DNA of 64,000 nt from Octopus vulgaris (taxonomy: Eukaryota), in NCBI GenBank assembly GCA_951406725.2, contig OX597819.1, positions 20,212,001 through 20,276,000 on the forward strand, given 5' to 3'. Each line of letters starts with the position of its first letter. Positions within the stretch are counted from its first letter, which is position 1. The notes below the pieces were generated by a model that had not been told where the DNA came from, did not search any database, and was given only the letters and a program-made list of their open reading frames with translations. Both the position numbers and the translations under genes were made by a program. Below, one piece after another: positions 54,188-64,000 of this stretch.

Positions 54188-54674
54188 GTTAAAATTACGC
54201 ATATGAATTAGTAGACCCTACGGTGTACTTAAATTTATGTATACGCATACACTGGTGCTGGTGCGCACGCACACATACACACATATGTGTATATATGCAC
54301 GTTCCCATAAGTTTGTGGTTGTGTACGTCTGCGTGTATACACATGCGTACCTATGTATGTATTAGAGTGCAGCTAGACAAGGAAGACAGATTTCCTTATT
54401 GACAATACACCTATTTGGCAGCCACAATATTTGGCAGGTTGCAGTAAAAACTGACGCAGCAAATCTAGTGAACGAAGCCAGAAATCTATTTTAACATTTC
54501 TAATTTATAGTCGGAGAGTAATAGAAACAAACAGAAATTTATTCAAGCAATTATTTCCATTTCATTGTTTGGGGTGTTAGAATTTAAGGAGTAATTTTTA
54601 GTATTCCCTAAGTGAGAGTATTTCAATAGCCATCATTTTATCAATTTTGCAAGAGGTCTTACACACACGAACAG

Positions 54675-54706
<32 letters not shown>

Positions 54707-54839
54707 GCACACGCACACACACATACATGTACCTATGCACTTCCCCATGCACGCATACACACAAACAGATAAATATATGCGCATATATATCTTTGTGTGT
54801 GCATATATATGTTTGTATTTGCATATTAGGATTAATATA

Positions 54840-54938
<99 letters not shown>

Positions 54939-57757
54939 ATATGTATATATATCCATATACATATATGAATGCATGTATATGTGTATGCCTGCATATATAT
55001 ATATGTGTGTGTGTGTGTGTGGAAGCACACAACTTTTAGCGTTATCTATATGTGTATATGAGTTGATGAGTTTGCGTGTGTTAGCGCGCGCATAGACACG
55101 CACACTCACTCGCTTGCGCATATATAAATAACTATAGAAATTGGATAGTTACATTCCTGCACCTCCCCACAGAGCTTTTTGTGTTTGACACTGATATTTA
55201 CCGACATTATGTTAATAAATATATGTATGATATAAGTATGTATATACTTGCATATATGTATTTGTTTATATATGAATGCCTGTATTTTTGCGTCTGTGAA
55301 ATTATGCAGTGAGATTAAGTGTCCCTAATGTATGTTATGCCTAGGGATGTTACATCCCCATACATTTAAACGTTGAAAGCACTGCTTCACTATAAGGCCA
55401 TCGTTAGAGCCAAATACTAGAGAACAATACTGTTTAAGAACTATGTCAGGCAACATGTTTATGCAGGGTTAAAGAAATTACCTCATGTTTGTTTTTGAGA
55501 ATCAATTGCGGACCTTCGATGTATGTAATGATTAAATTGCATCAGCAATTAATGATTTGAAGAAACATTTTCAGAAAATTTCACAATTCTGTTCGTTCAA
55601 AACTTTGAAATCTTTCAAAGGGGATGGCAGTGGAATTATTATATGTATATGTTTAAACACCTTTCTGAGTACCTGAATGTATGCAGATGATCAAATAATC
55701 TTTCTTTAAATTGAACTTCAGTAAACTTGCTGTATTTGCTATGTGAAAGTTATTTACAATAGATAACATTGAGCTAAGCATTCACTGTAGAAGGAAACCT
55801 TGTCTTTATTGGGAAATCATGGTTGCTGAAGTTATACACAGAAGATATTATACGAGTGTTTTTAACGAAAACTTGTCTTCGGCATATACTGCTTGCTGCA
55901 AAGATTTTGGCAATGCATTCTATAAATCGTAGATCATCATAAGACAATTCCTTTTACTGTTATTTTAATAATATGAACGGAAATGCATATTAATACAGTT
56001 TAGATATATCCTGTATAGAACTGAATAACCATATGAATGACATGTGGGATCATATCTGTTCAAAATTCGTTGCCTTCAATTTCTCCGTTTAATAATCTTC
56101 CCGCTCTCTATATGTTGTATTCTGTTTTTGCATGTATTGTATTCACATTGACGGTGTCATTTGAAGAAGATTAATAGTGAAAGGGTTATTTATCAAAAGG
56201 TAAGTTTGTTATACGCATGGTAGTGTTATTAAGAAAATTTCTAAGCATTAGTTTCAATATAATGCTGTATATTTATGAGTAATTGCTGTATAATATGAGT
56301 CTGTAACTGGGTGACTAATGTAATCTGTAAATTTTAGTATTTCATTATATTGACGAAATCCTTGGTAAACATTAAAATACGACGTGGTAACTGTAAATTA
56401 AAATTTTAATTGAAAATTAGTGTACAGATATTGACGCTAACGTTGAACAATACAGTATCATTTACGTAGAAGTACAAATATACGCAAGCAGGGATACAAA
56501 CAAACGCAGAGATCTGGGCACCCGAATTTCTGCATATGTGTTCGTGTGTATAAGTGGGAATCAGGGAAAAGAGAAAGTGAGGTAGTGTTCTGCAGCTTCC
56601 GACAAAAAAGATTCTGCTCATATATCAAATGAGTGAAAATGTGCTTAAATGCCTGTTCATCTGGAAGTGTGTCTATATAAATAAATTTATGAGGGAAACT
56701 TCGTCTGTATATCTCTCTATGTGTGAAATTATGTTTGCAAAAAATCGTTCATGCTTTTAGTTTTTATTGCATTGAAAATACAAATGTTAAATATGAGACT
56801 TATTCTACCTGTCTATGTTTTAACTAGATGTATATCGTTATACAACATTTCGATATTTAGTTAAAAACATCTGTGCAACAAAATGATTTATTAATTTCGT
56901 TTTGCGATAAATTAGATTTTAATATCACTGTATCAATAAGAAAAAAAAAGAACTTTAGATCTATATTAAAAATAGAGAAATAAAATGAACTCTTATAAAC
57001 GAAAATAAAATATTGAGAACAATCTAATTAGCGTATAGCTAAGAGATTTAATTAAAATATCTTATTTTCGTTTTAGTTTCGTATATAAATTAAGGATAAA
57101 TACCTGAGTTATTCGGTATTTCAGGGCTTTCCCCAATGGCTGTTTATGTTAATATTTATGTTTGTATAATATATTAATAATTATCTAACTACGCACATAT
57201 TTTGGGTTGAATTGAAGGAGACTGAGTTTCTTTTTTTTTCTGTTTTGTTGATTAATGAGGTAATGGAACAGGTATCAGGAGCAGAAGTACACTCGAAAGA
57301 ATGCCTCAGGTTCGATTATATATAATATTTACTCAGCTGAAATATCTAAACCTTTATTTATATTAGATCTTTCCGATTATAAGATCGTTACCAAGAGATT
57401 ATTACGATAAATATATTTCTCTATAAAATATTTTGCTGTTCAATCGGGATAGGTCTAGTCACGAATTATTAGTTATTTTATGATATGGTAATGCTATTAG
57501 TTTTGAAAGTGTCCAATTTGTTGCTTGTCCTAGAGGTCGATGGTGCTTATGTTCACTTTGGATATCGGTAGACTGAGATGTTTGCTGTAAAAGAAATTTT
57601 GTATAGACGTGAATTTAAATTGTTGCAACACTCTAGGGAAACTGTCAAAATAATTAGAATATTGCCAGGTCATTAATGCGTTGGACATCAAGCGGTAATG
57701 AGCGATAAGATTATCGGGAAAGCAAAGTGGACGTTTGATAAGACCTTCTAGATTGCA

Positions 57758-57899
57758 AGAATAAAGGCAATGCTTCAGGAGACGATAGCGACATTATTTG
57801 CAGCACTAAGAAGGTTGATCGGCGGAAATTGAACCAAGAAATGAAAAATTTCAATGGAATTCTGAATTACATCAGAACAAAAAACATTACAGAAACAAG
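57758..57899 (+). mobile_element. Internal R4/Dong fragment duplicated from about 58852-58993
   Basis: GATAGCGACATTATTTGCAGCACTAAGAAGGTTGATCG..AAATTGAACCAAGAA..TACATCAGAACAAAAAAC occurs at both sites. Flanked by AGACCTTCTAGATT(G/A)CAAGA. Confidence 0.85.
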
Positions 57900-58385
57900 A
57901 CCTTCTAGATTACAAGATCTGGTTATGATTGTGTATTTGGAGTGTGGTCGTAGAAAGGAAACTTTACCACAATGACATAAGGAAACGATATAACATTGTT
58001 TCGTAATATTAACGAAATAATATCAAGTTCCTTCATAAAAGAGATGAAATGTATATTGCAATCATAAGTACAATTAGAAATTTATTATGAATGCAATAAT
58101 AACGTTACATTACAGGCAATACAAGTGTGTTACTGGTAATACCATTCTACATCAAGTTATATTAAAGTTAATGGAAACATAATGTTCACATATTTGAACA
58201 AAGATGTTCAAATATGTGATAAGCTTGAAACGTGTAAGGAAGATTTTTTTCCGATTTTTCCAATATTCTCCTATTACTTCAGAACCCCTTAAATCTAAGA
58301 GGAATATTTAGTAAAAAAAAACAAAAAAACATTTGAATCTAATGATGATGATGATGATGACGACGACGAAAACAACAACAAAAAC

Positions 58386-58430
<45 letters not shown>

Positions 58431-58431
<1 letters not shown>

Positions 58432-60250
58432 GCTGTGAATTTGCGCGTGTAATCTGGGGATGCATACAATGAGCTTCTCTGCCCTAGGTGTACGGAAAAT
58501 ACTCGGCGAGAAAGGGAAGAAGATTTGAAGAAACAAGGAAAAAAAAGTAATGATAACAATTACTGCACTCCTTTTCTGCTTGGCACTGACACCTTTATCT
58601 TACCCGCTAAACAGAACTGGATGTGGATACAACTGTTACGGGAAAACAATGAGCCACCTCTTATATATGCATTATCTAAAAATGTACGCCACAAATGATC
58701 AAGAAGTGGAAAAATTACCACAGTCAGTACATGGATTTATCAAAGAAATAAACATGAAATTTTGCCTTGAAAAATGTGCCAAAGCAACCTTGAAAAGATG
58801 AAAAGAGTAGCCACATCACACTAGAAATTTGGGCAAAAAGCAATCTACGACAGAATAAAGGTAATGCTACAGGAGAACGATAGCGACATTATTTGCAGCA
58901 CTAAGAAGGTTGATCGATGGAAATTGAACCAAGAAACGAAAAAATTCAATGGAATTCTGAAATACATCAGAACAAAAAACAATACAGAAACAAGTAATTT
59001 GATCAAGGCAGCAAGTATTATTGTATCAGAAAACGTGGGTGTTGATGCCAAGGAAAAGAAATATAACGGGAGAGACAAAAGATAAGATCCATGGTGGAAA
59101 AGAAGAATACAGGGAGGGTTAAATACGCTCTAGAATGACATTTGTGTGTTAGACGGAAAAGAAAACGGGGAGTTTGAAAGCGAACAAAAATACAGGGCGC
59201 TCAGAAGGAAGTATAATATTGAAAGAAAGCGCCTGAAATGTTAGTGGAGGAACGGAAATAACACCTCGTTGCGAAGAAAGCAAATATGGAAAGATAGGAC
59301 CAAGGAATGAAGGGATACTAGCAGAATCGGTTATTCAGAGTCGATCAGAAGGGGTTCCTCAAAGAAATAAATCGAGAGTGTACACAATAAAAGTTGATAC
59401 CAGATAACATTGAGAGTCAAAGATTTTGGAGTGACATCTGGAGCAAAGACAAGGAGCACAAGAAGGATGCTGAATGGTTGCAAGAATTGAAACAAAGAAT
59501 AGTCTGTCCAAAACAGGCACAAATAGTCATTTCAGTTAGAGAAGTGAAGGAATTTAGCAACAAAAAAATAGACACTTGAGAAGTATATGGAACAAATAAG
59601 GGCTGCAATAAAGGTGGAGCACATGCAGAAAACTGCACTGCTTGGAACCGCTCGAATACTCCGGATGATGCACGAAAATTAACGCCATGACAAGGTGGCA
59701 AGAATGGTTCATTGCGAACTGTGGAAACCACGGCCTATAAAGGGAGAGGACGTGGTATCAGCAAACCCGAGAAGGACTCACTGAAAAATGAGTATTGCAA
59801 AATCCCGTGGGATTAAATTATCCAGTGCGATCACCTGACTAAACATAGGGAACAGGACATTGCTGTGGTAAATAAAAAAGAAAGAACATATAACATATGA
59901 TAATCGACATAGCATACCTCGGTGACAACAGGATCAACGAAGGTAAAAAAAACGATGACGATTTAACGTGGGAAATACGACGTTTGTGCTCAATGAAGAG
60001 AGTAGATGCGAGACCAATAGTAATTGGTGCACTTGGAAGTATCACCACTCAACTGCCAACATGGCTGATAAAGATCGGTGCAAGAGTGAAGGCAGAGCAC
60101 CTACAAAACTCAGCATTGCATGGAACTGCCAGAATCTTTCGCAGGGTTCTTGAAACATTACCATTCAAACAAGTGCCACCTTATTCTACTAGCTGCGGAC
60201 AGCTGACACTTTTCATCATACACAGCAAAATAAGCTGTGAGTCTTAATAC
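58431..60250 (+). mobile_element. Rearranged, decayed R4/Dong-type (RLE) non-LTR retrotransposon
   Basis: RT: ALLFCLALTPLS..GY..SHLLYMHYLKMYA (close to YMDDLKLYA)..MKFCLEKCA. N-terminal region: PWWKRRI, FWSDIW..AEWL. Endonuclease region: EQDIAVVNKK..IIDIA..EIRRL..PIVIGALG..LQNSALHGTARIFRRVL. Lies next to (TAA)n at 58386-58430. Confidence 0.88.
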
Positions 60251-60359
60251 AATAGCAACAACAACCGCAGCAAAAGTTCCAATTTTTAATGTCGACTCAG
60301 GGCTAACTAATTAGTTGGTAATACCAAAAATAACATTTGTAACAACAGCAATATAATAA

Positions 60360-60560
60360 TCGTTTCTACAAGGAATAGAAGGGCCTGACATTTTGGATGA
60401 GGAATCTACTGAATTCCATTGACCCCAGGGCTTGAATAGGACCTTTTAATTTTATCGACCCTGAAAGACTTAAATGAAAATTCAATCGCCATACAGTTTT
60501 AATTCAGAAGTTAAAGAAGGACGAAATGCCAATAAGTAATCTTTCCCGTGTCCAAATAAC
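60360..60560 (-). mobile_element. SINE family B, old degenerate copy
   Basis: ATTGACCCCAGG..TTTATCGACCCTGAAAGA..AATTCAGAAGTTAAAGAAGGACGAAATGCC is colinear with the 48 kb units. Confidence 0.6.
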
Positions 60561-61413
60561 GAGGACGGTGACGATGATGATGATCATGATGATGATCGTG
60601 ATGATTCAGTAATAATTACAAACTAAACAAAGCAAAATGTCTGTCAATATCCTACCGAAATTTATAGTGAATCAAAGGAATTTTGTATTAAGAATTACAA
60701 ATCGATCCACACAAAATTATTCAGCAACAACTGACGGTAGAATGTAAAAGAGAAACTACTTGAAACGAAATCCGAATATTTTCAAAAGAGAAAAATAAAT
60801 AAATAAAGTAACGAAAGAAACAGAGTTACGGATGAGGTTATTTCTTCCAAAACACTGAATTGTATTGGAGTTAAATTACTCTCAGCTCATGGATTCACAA
60901 CTCCTAATATAAAATTATTCAAATTTGCTATAAATGGCGGTTGTAACGCATTAGCTGAAAATGTGCTTCAATTGTTTGAAAATTATTATTGATGAAGCAT
61001 TGTTTCTCTTATTATTGATATTATGCATTAATTGAATATCGGTTATATTATCCACACGATGAAACATCGAAAATATTATTCGATCTGCTGGTATTCGAAG
61101 TCTCACATTGTCACTGCATATTAATAAACATCCAATTTTATACATCAGCTATGACAGAGCAACTAAATGCTCAAATACATGTACAAACTTACACATTAAA
61201 CAGCAACAAAACAATATTCTGAAGAAGAAAAATCAACAAAAAGAATATCAAACTCGAGCAACTTCGTGTATGATTTGGAATGCAGGAATTTTAAAGTAGA
61301 AACACAAAGTGATTTACGAAGGGGAATATTTTAAAAGTTGGTGTGCATAATGCGAAATATTAATAAAAACAGCTGCATCAGAAAAATAAACTTGCTTAAC
61401 ATGAAAAACTCAC

Positions 61414-61434
61414 AAGTATGGTTTTTGCATCCAT
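61414..61434 (-). CDS. Candidate first coding segment (MDAKTIL)
   Basis: ACAATGG start context with an upstream in-frame stop and a GTGAGT donor at 61413-61408. Lies in a relatively CpG-rich unique block (about 61414-61850). Confidence 0.25.
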
Positions 61435-62737
61435 TGTTCCATTTTCTTTGCCCACTATTGGTGCGGTGGCCGTTGCGGTAGAGGTTCAGTAATCGGCTCC
61501 ACAGAACCTTGTCAGAAGGAAGTCTCAATGTTTCCAAATGGGTCTCCAAGTATGGACTAACGCGACTAGCTCGTTGGTTGTCTGCTACTAGTTGTCCTAC
61601 TAGTTGACTTGGAAGGGAGAAACTGTCTTGCGATTTTTTTACTATAACAATCTAATCATCCGTGCGACCTGAAGAGAATTCCTGATCTCGGATCTACGCA
61701 ACCTGTCGTCCGGATATTTCGTTAGTTCGGCATTTCATATTTGTGATCGTATTATTTCATTCATCAACATACGTGAGAGGTGTGATTATTCAACGATAAA
61801 AGTAACAAAGATGTGAATATACTCGGAGATGGTGACAGGACGAAGACATCACAGTGAAATACAATCATTGTTTAATTTCATTAAAACCTTCGGTGAGCCA
61901 TAATCAAACCATTAAAATAGACGATATCTATTATATTTCGATTAAGATATATCTAAATTGAAATAACATATTTTATATCCTTTAGCTACAACAATATAGA
62001 AATATTTTAATTGCTGCCCTGTCCTTTATGCACAGCATCTGCTTCTTTCAGCATTCCAAATCCGTATGTAGATGTTATATTTGTGTGAGAAATGCATAAA
62101 TGTACAAAATATTTGATAGTAGTTTCTGCGAAGTTATAGGATCAAAGCAGAGGACAGGAAAATATTCCGGTTTTATATACACACTATCGCACAAGTTTCA
62201 TTTGATAATTGGAGCTTAACCATTTGATAATAGGTGCTTAACCATTTCTAACGTTTCTAAATAAGGAAACGCACCTCATTGAAAAAAAAATATGAAGCAA
62301 AACTTAACCACTTGTAAAATTCTGTTCATTCTAAACCAAATCATGTTAAATTAGTCATTTCCAACATGTTTGATTACCTCCCTTATACCGTAAAAAATAC
62401 CTTATTACTTTACCTTCTCTGGAAGTCCATATTTCACAACATAGAGAAGGCATGACACGATATATGTAAAGAAATTTGAGAAATTTGAAAAGAAAATACG
62501 AAACTGGTTATTTCTCCAAAAACTATGTTATAATACACAACATTTTATAACATTTTCTAACATAACGATTTACATATATTCTTTAACCATATAAAATAAG
62601 TCTTCTGTAGTTTTTCACTCTATGTTGTCTTTTATACCTCCAACCACGTGCTTTCACATACCAACACTCTCACCTATATATGTATATATATATATATATA
62701 TTATTAGTGAATTGAATAAACGGAATTCCTGGGGTTT

Positions 62738-62820
62738 TTTTCCTGAAGAGAAAGCCGCAATATGGTACCCTTATTTAAACAGAATTTGGAAATTTGTGGC
62801 CTTCGAAACATGTGTAGAAT
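62738..62820 (+). ncRNA. Type I hammerhead ribozyme-like motif in a (TA)n-flanked insert (62700-63035)
   Basis: TTC-CTGAAGA (62743-62749). Stem II GAAAGCCGCAA/TTGTGGCCTTC (10 of 11 pairs). GAAAC-ATGT-GTA, then GAA. Stem I is short. Confidence 0.65.
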
Positions 62821-63028
62821 GAAATAAAAGGTATTCTGTACAATCTTCGTTCAACTCCATTTATTCCATTCACTAATAATATTAAACTTCAATTATCCGT
62901 TCCAACGCACGGTTACAACACCAAATGGTCTTATCTCCAACCGTGCTGTTTTCCGCTGTGATTTTTGCTACCCAGGTATCGGTTAAACCTATGAATAATC
63001 TGTTACAAGAAAATTCATCTTTCTATTT

Positions 63029-63195
<167 letters not shown>

Positions 63196-63558
63196 CGTGA
63201 GTGTGTGTGAATGTGTATTCGTAGTTTTGTGTCCGATTCCACAAATCAATAATTACCTCTGAACATAACAATATAAACTCACGCGTACACACAAATACAT
63301 GCAAACATCTGTTATCGAATATTTAAGAAAAAGGAAAAACACCGCCGACTTTAAGAATTACGATACCAAACATATTTTAATAAATAATCGCACCGAAGTC
63401 GTTTTCTCTTCCTCCCCCCTCACAACTGCCATCGCATGCAGTTGTCCAAATCGAGTACATTCTTATTTCATCCCAACTTCCTAGTAAGACGTGTAATTCA
63501 GCAACATTCAATAGAATTTAATCTTGCATCCAACGCATTTAAACTTCACTCTACTCAC

Positions 63559-63606
63559 CTGAAGAAACAGCACCTGTGATCCAGGTCACACCATGTGAAG
63601 TGGCAT
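63559..63606 (-). other. Candidate 48-nt exon (5' UTR or coding)
   Basis: TATTTCTTGTATAAAG acceptor and consensus CAG|GTGAGT donor. The phase-1 frame (D)ATSHGVTWITGAVSS is open. Confidence 0.3.
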
Positions 63607-63749
63607 CTTTATACAAGAAATAACGTAGTTTTTTTTTTTTTCAGTTAATTGCCGAACCCAAGGAAGAATCGAACCAGGATATTCTTGAAAAAGGATGTCC
63701 ATTAACTTATCCTTAAACTCACAATTTTGTATCACATTTATAACATACT

Positions 63750-64000
63750 GTGGAAGCGCAATAACCCAGTAGTTAGGGCAGCAAACTCGCGGTCGTCGGA
63801 TCGCGGTTTCAATGCCCAGAATTGTGAGTGTTTGAGTTGTGAGTGTTTGAATGAAAACACCTAAAGCTCAACGAGACTCCTGCACTGGTGGATGGCGAAC
63901 ACTAACGTACTCTTTCACCACAACCTCTTCTTCCTCTTTCTTCCTATTTCTGTTGTAGCTGTATTTCAAAGGGCCAGCCTTGTCACACTCACTTTCACGC
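63750..64000 (+). mobile_element. SINE family C, cut by the window end
   Basis: GTGGAAGCGCAATAACCCAGTAGTTAGGGCAGC..AAAACACCTAAAGCTC..TACTCTTTCACCACAAC is colinear with 51777-52020. Confidence 0.88.

Noticed and set aside
62884-62999. Minus-strand frame [10 protein letters not shown].. resembling a C-type lectin WIGL motif
   Set aside because: It is short, ends in a stop and lies within a (TA)n-flanked hammerhead-bearing insert.

Overview
This is AT-rich, microsatellite-dense eukaryotic DNA with no long intact ORF. The SINE families and repeat landscape suggest an Octopus-like coleoid cephalopod (inference). Nearly all ORF-track entries are translations of (TA)n, (CA)n or trinucleotide repeats. 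Recognisable content includes a decayed mariner, two Helitron PIF1-helicase relics, an intact non-autonomous Helitron and a GG-TIR MITE with an 8-bp TSD. It also holds a solo-LTR-like element, CR1-, RTE- and R4/Dong-type LINE relics, three tRNA-derived SINE families in many copies, and a 3' U6 snRNA fragment abutting a SINE. The most striking feature is a set of short non-coding elements inserted in (TA)n tracts. Several are long fold-backs, and several carry type I hammerhead ribozyme motifs with palindromic stem III, the signature of Penelope-like retroelement termini. A speculative phase-compatible exon chain on the minus strand suggests most of the window is intronic. All calls were read by eye and boundaries are approximate.
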